This document shows positions 26,641 through 40,318 of a stretch of 64,000 nucleotides of DNA, piece after piece. The translations under genes were made by a program, and so were the position numbers. Source of the stretch: Octopus vulgaris (Eukaryota); assembly GCA_951406725.2 (NCBI GenBank), contig OX597815.1, positions 135,718,001 to 135,782,000 on the forward strand, read 5' to 3'. Each line of letters begins with the position of its first letter. The stretch's first letter is position 1. The notes below the pieces were generated by a model, which ran no database searches, was not told the origin of the DNA, and was given only the letters and a program-made list of their open reading frames with translations.

Positions 26641-26846
26641 TAATCCAAACGAGAAAGCACAAAAAAAACACAACAACGCGAGGACGTGGAACAAATATAG
26701 TATTATTGGACGCTCAGGAAAGAAGGAAAGAAGGAGGGTTTAACGTTTCGAGCGGAGCTCTTCGTCGGAAACATAGGAGAAGGAAAGATCCAGAGAAGGG
26801 AAGGCAGAGGAAAAAAATCGCCAACGGTACACACGAGGTCACATTC
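26636..26846 (-). mobile_element. PLE pseudo-LTR fragment with variant hammerhead-like motif (26738-26772)
   Basis: Minus strand: GUUU-CCGACGA-A-GAGC-UCC-GCUC-GAAACGUUA-AAC. A related deleted copy lies at 44057-44180. Confidence 0.65.
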
Positions 26847-27084
26847 CCACGCCCTTGCTGTAAACAAGGACGTAGGAAGCATCTTAATTTGTCTAATCGA
26901 AACATTTACACGCTGAAAATGCTCTATAACTAATTAAAATTAGCTGGGACTATGTCCTGTATCTATGTTAAATTAATATACATATTTGTGTGAAATTGAT
27001 TGTTCAGATAATGTTTTTCGGCAATTTCAGTTTTAGACCTCAGTTGTTAAAGTTATCGTACATACATACATACATATATACATA

Positions 27085-27589
27085 TATGGTAGAAGCCATA
27101 GCCATTCATAATAAAAAGGAGCACTGGCGGAATGTCCCAGTGAAAACCTTAATAAAATATAAGCACCATACACTTGATATAATGATTTGGGATAGAGAAG
27201 AGAAACTGTGTACAGTTGTAGAAATTAGCTGCCCAGCGAATGTTAACATAGAGCTGAGATCAGTGAAAAAGAGAATACGTATGCCGAACTATTGAGAAAT
27301 CTACAGTTACTCTTCCCAGATTACAAGTTCAGGTTTATATCTGTAATTATTGGGGCCCTGAATACCAGTCTTGAGAAATAAGGCTTCTCAAAACCAGAAA
27401 AGAGAAAGCTAATTCGAAAATCCAGTCCATCACTGGAACTAAAAATCTGTAAAACTTTCAAGTTTATCATTTAAATGTATATGAGCATGTAAATATATGC
27501 AACTATATGCACGAGCATACATAAAACAAAACATACAAATCTACTCACATACATACATACATACATACATACATACATACATACATACA

Positions 27590-27623
<34 letters not shown>

Positions 27624-27714
27624 CATACATAAAAACAAAAATACCCTGTTGTTAATGTTGAAATTTCAATGAAGGAGCTATTGGCAAGAAATCTTGAAAT
27701 AACACTGAATAATG

Positions 27715-27720
<6 letters not shown>
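27085..27720 (+). mobile_element. 5'-truncated R4/Dong-like (RLE) LINE 3' end
   Basis: LDIMIWDREEKLCTVVEISCPA, homologous to ORF 58529-59059, followed by the same 3' UTR. Confidence 0.88.
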
Positions 27721-27761
<41 letters not shown>

Positions 27762-28072
27762 GAGAGAGAGAGTGAATGAGTGAGAGAGAAAGAGAGAGAG
27801 ACAGACAGAGAGAGAGATAGAGAGAGAATCAACAGATGCAATCCAAAGGTTCTCGATTTAGAAGGCACTTTGTAGCGCTCAAATGATTTGAACTTTCACT
27901 CCGAAACCTTTACGGAGGACTAAGTTTAGGGTGTAAAGAGCGGCTATAAGAGGAATGCAGATGAGTAGACATGGACCCAATGAAGCAAAAAAACAAAAAC
28001 TACCTGGGTTTGGTATACAACAGATATATATAGATGTATAAATGTAATTATAAAGAAATGTATAAATAGATA

Positions 28073-28480
28073 TACAGGGGTTGAAACATCTAGTATCACA
28101 GCATCCTAATTTTGAAATATCCATAAGACCGTCAATAGCTTGTCTGTTTTTGTTTTTTGATATATCATTAGTGTTGCTTAGTATGTTTTGCTAAAATTGC
28201 TATTTCTTTTCAGATATCACCAGAAAAAGGTAATTAAATTTCATTAAAATGACATATCTATCGGACTTTCAAAGAGGTCAAATTGTCGGTGCTCGTATGG
28301 CAGGCGCTAGCGCAAGGAAAACAGCCGAAATGTTTTGTGTATCAAGACGTACTGTTTCGAAAGTAATGACAGCCTTTGAGAAAGAGGGAAAAACCTCCTC
28401 GTCGAAACAAAACTCCGGAAGAAAACCAAAACTTTCAGATAGGGACCGTCGGCGAATTGTCCGAAAGTATCACAAAATCT
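28073..28480 (+). mobile_element. Tc1-like transposon 5' fragment (paired-like HTH)
   Basis: TA-CAGGGG terminus and ORF LSDFQRGQIVGARMAGAS..TAEMFCVSRRTVSKV..SGRKPKLSDRDRR. Confidence 0.88.
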
Positions 28481-29020
28481 CGGTCCTCTATATTTTGTGT
28501 ATATAAAGAGAAAACGTTGTATGTATACTTAGAGTTGAATCGTAATGTTCTGGCGATCTGATGAATTAGCCCTCTTTGTCTGCATTGATTTGTGAATATA
28601 CAATTATATTGTATAATGTGTAGGATGCATATAAGTGGAGACATGTAAACATAATTTATTATACACCGAAATTATTATTACATGAAAAGGGCTGCGAAGC
28701 GGCTGTCATCCTAAGGATAACAAGTGGGTAAATAACTATATTCACCTTCGATGCCTCCTAACATTTTATGTTTTATATACTCCTCATGAAATAATTGAAT
28801 CGATCGGATCTCTTCCATTTCAGCTGCGAGGAACTCTGCGTTATATTCCCCAGTATTGGATTACTATGTGGTCTGGCAGCCGTGTCCGCTAGAGGGACTT
28901 CTGTATTATACATGAATCTGTATAATACACTAAAGATTTATATGTGTGTGTTTGCGTATGTGTGTGTGTGTGTGTATGCGCGCACGCGTAAGTATTGGAA
29001 CTTGAAGCTTTCGACTACGC

Positions 29021-29380
29021 CAGTGCTCCGTAACCGGTATGCAGCGGCACACTGGTGTGCCACGAGATGATGCTAGGTGTGCCGCAGTGTAGCTTGAACC
29101 TAAATTTTTCCCCTATACATTTAGTTATAGTCTTAGTTTAGGTGTGCCACCGAATTTTGAAAAGTATATAAGTGTAGTTCTATATTTAAGAGATGAGGAA
29201 TTATGTACATTATTTACATAATACCTTAGGAATGAGAACTTAGACACCTGATGAAGGTTGGAGGGTATATCAGTCGAAACGTTGTGTTAACAACAAGAAG
29301 AGGACAAATATCCGTCAAATGTAAATAATGTAAATAATGAATATAAGGGTATCGTAAGTGAAAAAAGTTGCGGAGCGCTG
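29021..29380. mobile_element. hAT-type MITE interrupted by a short PLE insertion (about 29177-29340)
   Basis: TIRs CAGTGCTCCG and CGGAGCGCTG, partial 8-bp TSD GACTACGC/ATTTACGC, and GGTGTGCC subterminal repeats. Confidence 0.8.
29244..29287 (+). ncRNA. Minimal type I hammerhead ribozyme motif
   Basis: ACAC-CUGAUGA-A-GGUUGG-AGGGUAUA-UCAGUC-GAAACGUU-GUGU. Confidence 0.8.
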
Positions 29381-30189
29381 ATTTACGCGATGCTGATATG
29401 AATGCAAATGTCTGAGGAAATATAATGAGTACACATTGTTTTCATTGATCACTCCTAGTCATCTAGCGATGAATTAAATGTTTCTTGATATGCGAGTGTG
29501 CTACTGCCGGAAGATGATTCGAAGTGCAAATTTCACTTGAAGGATGTATGTCCTGTAATTTATTGCATCATCGCACATGTTTTCCAAACTTTGAAATGAT
29601 ATGATATGATTCCTCTTCATTGCGTATTGTATGTATCCCTCGCAAAAGAAGGTATTGGATAAACATGACTAAACTATTTTCTATGTTGGCAAGGTATAAA
29701 TGTTTCGTCTCTCCTAATTAAAATATCGTCTGGAAATTTCAATCTTATATTTATCTATAATACTTAAATTACGAAAGACTATGATCTTGTGTGCTTGTAC
29801 TTGTATGTGTATATTAGTTGATATGTTCGTATGCATTTTTGTATCTCGGTGTGTTAATGTATATGTATTAGTATGCCTTTATATGTTATTTTTCTTTCCA
29901 TTAACAGCATCAATTCAAATTATTTTTAGAATTTGATTTCTGTCATTGCACTGAGACCAAACCTGGACGAATTTAAGGCTGTCAATAGGTTACATCGACC
30001 CAGTACTTTATATAATACTGGTCGATGTAATCTTGTACATATTTTACTGAAATCAGACGAAATATAAACTAGAACAAATGTAAAGGCGAAATGCAACTGC
30101 GACAGCACCATATTCCACTAAGAATTCTTATTTGACACTCCCGTTCTTCTACCAGCATCTCCAACTGTGTATGAGCCTATAATTATGTG

Positions 30190-30231
<42 letters not shown>

Positions 30232-30694
30232 TGCGTGTGAGTGTGTAAGAATATATATATATATATATATATAAATATAAATATATGTCAAAAAATTTTG
30301 TGTTGTTACTTGAAACTTTGTGACGAATAAAGAAGTTTGAAACGGATCTTCGTTTGAATTTTCAGCCAATGATATTCTCAAAGATAATTTAGAGGTTTTG
30401 AATTGAATATTGTTCCCACGTCCAATTTACAAGCGAAATTTGTCATAGATTTGTCCAAACGTCTGAGTGGTTGAATGCTGATACTGCTCCAGCAACTGCT
30501 TTGGGCCTCTGGTCCTAGACGGAAGTGGTCCAACTATCTTTCAGTCAATTTCCCCCTGTGCATCGTTCTCATCTCCATTCGTCTATGTACAGTTTACTTC
30601 TCTTTGAAAAAATATCTTTTCATCGAAAATTCAGAAAAAAGACAAACAATTAAACTACGTTCTTGAATTTCAATTCAGCGATATCCATACGCAC

Positions 30695-30729
<35 letters not shown>

Positions 30730-30734
30730 TACAC

Positions 30735-30930
30735 GGCATGGTTCAGAATAGTTTCCCTCAACTCAGTAATATTCACTATTAACTCAAATTCAGCTCAAAT
30801 TTAATTTTTATCGACTTAAAAAGCCTTGATAGAAAGCATATGTCCAAGGTACCTGGTACTTACGAACATCATCATTGGAATCATGTGGTGTAGAAGCAGG
30901 CTTTTAACCACACGGTCATGCCTGCGCCCT
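30735..30930 (-). mobile_element. Degenerate SINE family A 5' part
   Basis: AACCACACGGTCATGCCTGCGCC is the reverse complement of the family A head. Confidence 0.6.
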
Positions 30931-31134
30931 ATATTTCGAAGTACTCCCACCAAGTGAGGTTTTGTTCAGTTACTCTTCACAATTATCAGTTTAGGTCGAT
31001 ATGGTGACTAAATTGATATACTACGAATTTCTCAAATGCAGTTTTCAAGAATTCGCGATCTAGCAACATATATCTCAATACATACAATGCGATTTAAATT
31101 TCATGACAAATAATTTCGAGTTTTAGCAGCAGTT

Positions 31135-31290
31135 CTCAGCTGATACTTATTTTACCGTTGTAGAAATGCCTGGAAGGCAAAGTTATTCTCGATGGATAAC
31201 TTTACGCAGAACGTAAAGAACCGGAAAAAGAAATGTCTTTAAGCACTTTTGTCCGGCGTTCCTAACGATTTTGCCAGCTCATCACCTTAA
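31135..31290 (-). mobile_element. Degenerate SINE family B 5' part
   Basis: CTAACGATTTTGCCAGCTCATCACC is the reverse complement of the family B head. Confidence 0.65.
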
Positions 31291-31918
31291 ACCTCTGGAC
31301 AGAAAAGCCAGTATTTTCAATCCGTGTGTTCTTCTAAATATGACATAGCCATATAATTCATTAACCAACTCTCCTATTTTGGTTTGCTTTATCTATTTTC
31401 CTCTCCCGTCTCTGTCAGTCTGTCTGTCTCTCTCCCTCTTTATATGAATGTCGTTTCTAAAAGAATGCACAGACGTTATGACAGAATATTTTGGTTGTTT
31501 AGAAACAAACTCCCTTCCTTCGTACTGTGAACTCCTCAGAAACTGACTGTCATCTGCAGCAAGGCTTCGCTGGAGGCAGTCCTTTCCAGAAACTCTTACG
31601 TGACCCAGAAATTTACTGTAAGGTCAAGGTAAACATATTTTATTTCTATAGGCTTAGTCGATATTCAGTCTTTTCTGCTTAGAAATATCATGTAGGTATG
31701 GATCTAGCTTCAACTAATTCCTAATTAGTTGCTCTGGATACAACAATTCCCGCAACCATTTTGCGAGTCCAGAAAGCTTCCAACAACATTCGACAATTCA
31801 CCTGAAAACCACAAATAAGAAATTTCGAATATTATTCAGATTAAAATATTTTATTTTAATTTGTCTAATGTATTTAATTTGTCATTGACTGTCTCGCTTA
31901 TATACACGTACATCTACG

Positions 31919-31955
<37 letters not shown>

Positions 31956-32537
31956 GCAAATATTTCATCACCATTGTTCGATACTTTTCATCTCCTATTA
32001 ATACACTTCTGTGCTTTTTAGCACTATACATCAATACGAGAAGCCTTCTCAAAACGAATATTGCAGTTTTGCGGCTTTCGATAATATAACTACGCTAAGT
32101 AAGGTATACAATATATATATATTTACATATAAATTTGTGTATGCATGTAAGTGTGTGTATATGTATGCGTATGGGTTTGTTCGTGCGTGCGTGTGTGTGT
32201 GTGTGTGTGTGTGTTTGTATGTGTACGTATGTATTTATGTATACTTGTTCTTCAGTGCTGAGTCTACGCAACAGAAAAGAGAACAGGATTAACCATTACC
32301 ATATGTAAAGTTTTCTACAGATAAGCTGTAGATGAAATGATGTACACATTTGATTCGTGCAGTATATCCAATTGAATGAAAAGCTAAGGTTTCTTTGAAG
32401 TGAAAATGACAGTATGACAGTAGCAAGCAAAATATTTTCCTTTCTGTAATGCGCATAGGTAGAACTGAATAAAATATATTTCTCAGCTAATAAATTATTT
32501 TGTTTCACATTTTCAAGTGACAAAAAGTATGCCATGA

Positions 32538-32780
<243 letters not shown>

Positions 32781-33099
32781 TAGCTACAAATTTCGTTCGT
32801 CCCGCTTTCCCGCAATCTTTAGTAACATTAAAACAAGTGCTTATGTTACCTAGGGCAAGAAGCATTATTCTTTAGAAATGAAAGGGAAATAACCAGCGTC
32901 TGAAAATGGTATACAGACGAATCACGTGATTAGCTTTTCTTTTCCTTTCCTTATATATTTAAACTATATTTTCCCTTTGCCCTCCCCTTTACGTTTGCAA
33001 CTTCAATCCACTCACTCATCTCTATTCTAAATACTATTTTATATGAGGAAAATTTCGTCTTACAGTGTGCTGTCTTAGGATACTAATATCAAGTCACCT

Positions 33100-33950
33100 C
33101 GAAAAATATAGTCATCATGTGCAATAATATCACGTATGTAAATCTTTCTCCTTAAGTTTTCCGTTCACGTCGCTTCCTTCAGAAGATGAAACAACGTCCG
33201 AAACGTTGGATGCATTCATTGCCTTTAATTCAAGTGTTTAACTAACATCTCTGCTCTGTTCATGTTAAGTTTCTATCTTACATTATAAAACCTCTCGTTG
33301 CAAGGAATATAAGGCGCTTTAATAGTTTGTCATATTCACACAGAAAAGTGGGCGATAGCATATTTGATGTAATTAGCCACAGCAAATATGATCAAGTTGG
33401 TGATGAAATCTACGTTTTGCATTAGACTTTTGTTTTGATGTTGTTAAATTTCCAACAACATCTATGCTGTACCAAGATGCTTATTTCACAAGAGATATGA
33501 CTTAAAAAAATTACCAGGAATGGGTGATTTTTTAACAGCATATATATTGAAATACGTTCGAAGTATAGTTCATATATCGTGTAAATTATAATACAATTCC
33601 TATTCTGTTTAATAGAACGGTTGTTGTTTAATGCCTTCATGTGTTCTCTGCTGAAAATTAGCCTTGCCATTGATTTATTTTTACAGAGATCGATTTCTGC
33701 ATAGCTTCAATTCTCGTTATACATCCTTCGATATGGGGTGATCATAACAGACAACGATATTGCGCATGTGTTCGGACAATGGCAGATTACAAAAGGAATT
33801 ACGATTACATGGGTTCTTAAACGAGAACAAACTGAATGTCCATGAACAGATTTTCTTACAAATACAATTTTTATGTTTAACACAAGCTTTCCACTTTAGA
33901 TTGAGACCTTGGTTATTCACAATAATTCCCTGATCTTTGAGGTAATCCAG
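33100..33950 (-). mobile_element. Degenerate PLE remnant (GIY-YIG-like region on minus, pLTR-like piece on plus at about 33150-33280)
   Basis: Minus frames give KHKNCI..NLPLSEHMR and RLIF..ALNN. The plus strand has a CAGAAGA..CGAAACGTT hammerhead-like relic. Confidence 0.35.
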
Positions 33951-34204
33951 CCTAAGAGATCTGTATGAGGGAAGAGATGCGTTATTTCATCTTGCTCCTT
34001 TGGCAAACTGGAGTATTTTGAATTTACTTTTAATTCAATATGAATCGGCTCAAAATATCTGATGGCTCTACTGAAACTAGATATGAGGAGAGATTTCTAA
34101 TTTCCTCATTAGGATTTGGTGTTTGTTGTTGTTCTTGTTATTAACGTTATTATTTTCACTATTATTAATATTAGCAACGTTATTATTAGGAAGCTAATTT
34201 AATT

Positions 34205-35090
34205 AAGAGAAATGTTATCTTGAGATTTGGTGACAGCAAGTCTCTTCAAATCCCAAGAATCTTTCGTAGGATTCTTGAAGAATACAGGATGGTACTGTAC
34301 TACAGGTCGTTAATGCGGGTCTCAATTCTGCTGTCTTTCAGTCACTTAGGTAGCGTTTTGTGTGTTGTGTTAAATGCACCAACAAGAATTATCATTGTCA
34401 TAGTGTTCTATCGTCTCTTCAGCTCCCTGATCATGTTTCTCCTTTTATTTTCGATTGCTTTGGTATTGGGAATTGCCAAGTCTGCGATCTCACGCTGTTT
34501 AGTTTTTCCTCTATTATTCTGGTATTCTTTGTAGGGAAGTCCTATAAGTTCTTCTAATTCTCATTCTGTGATACAGCTTCTGGTTCGTATTCATACCACT
34601 TACTAGTTATTTTGAAGTCATACACTTGGCTAACAGCTTAATGTATCTTTTACCTTCTCAGTCATGCTTGCACTTATATTCATTCTGTGTTAGCTTACTG
34701 CACTCATTCAAGAGATTATTGATTCTTTGGACTCCTTTTCTGCAGATTCAACATTTGTGGTCTAACTGAGTTTTGTCAATCTTTTGTCGTAATGACTTAT
34801 CCCTGAGCGGCTATAATTAGCGCTTCAGTCAAGCGTTTCATGTTTCCGTCGCTTAACCACAGTCAGCGTTTTTTACTTCCAGCATTCTCGGTTTGATGCG
34901 TGAATTGGTCAAGTAATTCCATTTCTTTCCATCTGTTTGCTCTATCTTTCTTCCGTCTTTCTTGAATTCTACTGTTTCAGTGACTCGTCGGGAATCTCTA
35001 GCTGACGATAGTATTCTTTCTTCACTCTTCACAGCATAATTTTTCATCCCCAATATCGCGGTAGTAATAGTGTCTTCCGCATTTAGCATC
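34205..35090 (-). mobile_element. Degenerate R4/Dong-like (RLE) LINE 3' part flanked by (TAA)n
   Basis: Minus strand reads EIADLAIP and IILVGAF..TILYSSRILRKILGI*, typical of the R4-clade C-terminus. (ATT)n tracts lie on both sides. Confidence 0.6.
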
Positions 35091-35099
35091 AACAACAAG

Positions 35100-35162
<63 letters not shown>

Positions 35163-35165
35163 GTT
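35100..35165. repeat. (ATT)n microsatellite
   Basis: Visible. Confidence 0.97.
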
Positions 35166-35810
35166 ATTGTTGTTGTTGATGCTAAATGTGTATATATGAT
35201 ATATGTATGTACGTATGTTTGGAAACGAAACCTAATTGAATGACGCTTAACTGTTTTCCTACTAAAATCTGAAAGCAATTCATCAGAATTTCAAATGCTG
35301 CAGAAAATTTGGTATCAGACTTTTTCTTTCGATTCCAGCTTTTTGAGACACCTCACTTGTGTGTGTATGTGTATTTGTTCATGTGCGCGCGCGTATTAGT
35401 GTACGTGTATTCGTATTAGTGTACGTGTATTCGTATTCGTGTGTGTATGCGTGTTTTCAAGCAAGAGATAGTGTATGCAGTTTGGATACTTATCTTCCAA
35501 GCATCAGCAACCCTGTGTGGCTAATAAAGAAACATATCTCCCAAGCATCATTTGTAAGTTGAGGATGCCTTAACGCCGTAACGCATATAAAATCTGTATT
35601 CCGTTTGACTAGTTTTTCACATGAATGAACTAAATGCATACTCATATTGCAAATGAATGAGATTTTGTTTTTGCTTTAAATAGATGATTTTTGTTCAGTT
35701 TTCTTCTGATGTGTCAATGTTCAATGTATGTACATATTGTGCTCATTAGATTTTGGTCTCAGTTTATGCTGTTATAGCACGTGTTTTTTGTGCTTGCATC
35801 TGGTCGAAAC

Positions 35811-36901
35811 TATCAGGTCATCCCCTAAGTTCTGACCGAATCTTGAATAAAGAGAACAAGTGATCAAATGTTATATTTAATTGAAATTTAATCACCAATC
35901 TACTTTCTCTTATTATCTATGACTTCCTTCCATCTATTTACAAGCTTTTTAATTCCATCAATGTAAAACTCTTTTGGTTTCAAAGCGAAGATCTTTGAAA
36001 TGTCACTTTCGACCTCCTCCTAGATTGCGAAAGTTATGTACCCCACATGGTTCTGTAAACTACGAAACAAATAGTAATCTGAAGGAGTAAGGTCGGGAGA
36101 ATAAGGTGGATGAGGAATTTCCCAACCAAGCTCTTCGATCTTCTGTGATGTGATGTTTGCTGTGTGGGGTCGCGCATTGTCCTGATGAAACCTCACTCCT
36201 TTTCAATTCACTAAAGCGGTTCTTTTTTTCTTCAAAGCTTGGTTCAAACGCTCTAATTGCTGACAGGAGACTTGAGCATTGATTGTTGCATTAGGTGGTA
36301 ACAATTCAAAGTGAATTACTCCTTTGCAATCCCACCAGATAGAAAGGAGAACCTTTTTCCCATGAAGATCCCTTCTCGGTTGTGGTTGAGCTTTTTCCCT
36401 TTTACCAAGCCACTGTTTACGACGTTTAACATTTCGATAGAAGATCCATTTTTCGTCACCTGTCACAAGTCTATCCAAAAAAGGTGAAATGAGTTCGTGA
36501 GAATGGAGTGAAGAGCAGATGTCAACTCGGGAGGTGCGGTTGCTTTCGGACAATTCACGAGGTACCAATTTTGCAAACCGTCTTCTGCAAGTTCTTTCAT
36601 TAAAGCATTCTTTCCCATAAACTGAGTGTATGTTTCGAGTCGCTTCGGCTGCAGAGTTTCATTTTTTGTACTCATAAAGTATTATGTGCCTCAAATGCTC
36701 TATGGATACTTCCATATTACAAAGGGTTTTAATCAAAGAAATTTTAATTCTATTATTCTGTAAAATAATATTTAATTAGTTTAAATATACACAAATGCAT
36801 AAAAATAATTGTAAATTCCATTAGACATTCTAAAATACTATTAAATTTCATTCAATTTAAAAAAAGGTAAAATCGAACATAACTTATGGGATGACTTGAT
36901 A
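35811..36901 (-). mobile_element. mariner (DD34D) element, internally deleted, both TIRs present
   Basis: TIRs TA-TCAGGTCATCCCCTAAGTT and AACTTATGGGATGACTTGA-TA. Motifs VPREL, TGDEKW, FHQDNARPH, HPPYSPDLTPSDYYLF. Confidence 0.95.
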
Positions 36902-37029
36902 CTTTAGGTGACCGTCAGTTGAATATCAAAGACAGTTTCTTGACGTGTTTGCTTACGGCAATCTTCATCAGCCCCAAGTTTTGAACTCACTCATATACTG
37001 ATGGGAACATAGGAGATTATTATAAACTG

Positions 37030-37540
<511 letters not shown>

Positions 37541-39435
37541 CCCCACCTCAAAAAAAAAAAAAACTGACGATAAATATTTACAATTCTACTGATCAGCTAA
37601 TAACTCTAAGATAGAGTCTAATGAACATTTGCATTTTGACAATGGTAAAGAAACAAAGGTATTGCTAATATAGTTTAACGCAAAATTGCTTCTAGATGAT
37701 AGTAAACATGAACAGGTTAACTAATTTTCTTGCATTATGTGGCGTTATTGTAATCAATTAAGTGGAAAATGTCCATTATCCTACAACAATTCAACATTGT
37801 TTATTTGTAAATTGGTGTGCTGCAGGAAAAAAATAACTAAATATAAAGGGGAATCTCAGACTGATCAAGATTGATGAACTTGAATCAAAGAAACAGAGAA
37901 ACAAAAAGTCGACCAATTAGAAGACTGAATGAGCATGTTTATATAAGTTCCCTGCAATCAGATATAGTCAAGAAGCAAAGTTCGTAAAAATACTTTCTAT
38001 TAATACTGAATTGTGTCCAGTGAATAGATATTCTCGATTGTTTAAGAATTCCACCCAAAGATTCCACCTGATACAGAGAGTAAGTAATACTGTTAATTTG
38101 GGGTAAGTAATACTGTTAATTTCTATTGCAGACATATGTGTCTGGCAAGGGCCCTCGTCAAGGAAAGTCTAGGAAACATCCAGTAACTGGGCGCAATCAC
38201 ATTAAAGATTTCAAACTTTGTGGATATTCACATCCTTCTAGGGCTTGTTCTGTATAAGGGGGAAATGCCGTAATTGTGCTACTTTGCGACACTGAAGAAA
38301 ATTGTGTTGGCCAAAAACAACGGTATTTTGGCAAGCCTGTCCATAACGATGATATAAAAATTAATTTAAATTAGGTTTATCGTAAATCGAATTGGCTTCC
38401 AGTTCAAATGTCTAACGATGTAACCTTATAATTCTGGCTTCTTTTAATCATCAAATTTCCATCAGTCGTCAAACCTACTTCTTATAATGCTCCAAAATTA
38501 AAAAGTAATTGGTATCACAACATCTTTACTTGTCTTTAGAGAAAAACAATACGTTAGCTTTGTCGTGGCTTTCATACATTGGATTAATTGGTGCATAATC
38601 TTGAGGTAATGGGAATTATAATTTCATCTCCGCATTATGGCAACGATGCAGTGCGATTTGTTTGAGATCAAAACAAGGGTAGTAATTTATGAATATCTAC
38701 AAACTTTGCCTTCATACAATTCGTGATGTCGATACTATGTTTACTAACATGCAAGGAGCGAAGATTTTTTTTATCTGGGCTGAATTTAAAGAGTGCATGC
38801 TAGCAGATTGGTTTCGATGAGGACTCCAAGAGATTGTATGTAATTTACGAAAACAATGATCCTCACTTAACAGTATTCAGATGGTCTGAAATATAGCTCC
38901 ATATTCCAAGATTGCAAGTGGTCTGTTGGATCAATGCTCTAATTATATATCAGGATAACGTTACCAGCTTTGTAAAGATTTAGAATAAATTATAGAAGGA
39001 TTGAGAAATGAGTATATTTACTACAACGAAAGGTGCCAATCTATCGACTAATCCAAATAAATGCATTAATAATGCATCTTCCATAGATTTTCTAGGAACG
39101 AACATTTCAAAGGATAAAATTAAATCATCACATATTCTAATAAACAAGATTAGAGTTCCAAAACCAAAATTTACAGAACAAGTTGAATCTCTTCCTGCAG
39201 GAGAGAAAAAGAAAATCATTTAAATCGGAGAACGCATTCAAGAACAGTCTTTTAAGGAGGCAAAAAAACCCCCCAACTTCCTACTCAATAGCCTATTGTG
39301 GGTACATTCTCTTTCAATTCAGAAAAGATTGCAGCTTCAAGAATGATGTCTGAAACTGGTAAGCCCGTTGTATATGTTAGCCATGCACTTGATAGTACTA
39401 AAAAAAAATATACGGTGCTATTTTCTAAGATTTGT

Positions 39436-39745
39436 GGAGGCCCAATGGCCCAAGTGGTTAGGGCAGCGGACTCGCGGTTGTTGGATCGTGGTTTCGATAC
39501 CCAGACCGGGCGTCGTGAGTGTTTATTGAGCGAAAACATATAAAGCTCCACGACGTTCCGGCAGGGGTTGGTGGCGATCCCTGCTGTGCTCTTTCGATAC
39601 AACTTTCTTTCACTTTTTCTTCTGTTGGCCTGCTCGCTTAGCCAGCGGGATGGCATCATTTGAAGGCTAGAAAAATGCGAAGCGCATTGTGACCAGCGAT
39701 ATGTAGCAACATCTGATAGCCTGGTCGGTCACGGTGATCACGGTG
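39436..39745 (+). mobile_element. tRNA-derived SINE family C
   Basis: TGGCCCAAGTGGTTAGGGCAGCGGACTCGCGG..GGTTTCGATACC head and (ATCACGGTG)-type repeat tail. Confidence 0.88.
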
Positions 39746-39911
39746 ATTTTTTAAGATGTAGTAATTTTATAAGGGAATTTTTTTCACATTAGAGTCGAAA
39801 TATTGTTCACCATAATTAATTTTTTCGGAGAATCTTAATATTTGTAGATGAGCTTATAAAATTGCCAGGTGGATTCTCATATTATCACAATGTCATTTCA
39901 GAAGCATTAAT

Positions 39912-40318
39912 AGGCGTGGCTGTGTGGTAAGAAGCTTGCTTCTCAACCACATGTTTCCGGGATTCAGTCCCACTGCATGGCACCTTGGACAAGTGTCTTC
40001 TACTATAGCATCGGACCGACCAAAGACTTGTGAGTGGATTTGGTAGGCAAAAACTGAAAGAAACTGTCGCGTATATCTATATGTATATGTGTGTGTGTCT
40101 TTGTGTCTGTGTTTGTCCCCTCCCCATCACCGCTTGACAACCTGTCTTGGTGTGTTTACATCTCCGTAACTTAGCAGTGCAGCAAGCGGGACGGATAAAA
40201 TAAGTACTAGGCTTACAAAGAATAAGTCCTGGGTTCGATTTGTTCGACTAACAAAAACCCTTAAAGACGGTGTTCCAGCATGATCGTAGTCAAATGACTG
40301 AAACAAGTAAAATAATAA
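39912..40318 (+). mobile_element. SINE family A
   Basis: Family A motifs throughout. Confidence 0.92.

Noticed and set aside
31450-31825. Good minus-strand splice-acceptor-like site (TTTTCAG|GTG near 31801) before moderately GC-rich unique sequence
   Set aside because: No sustained reading frame or clear donor, so it cannot be supported without RNA-seq
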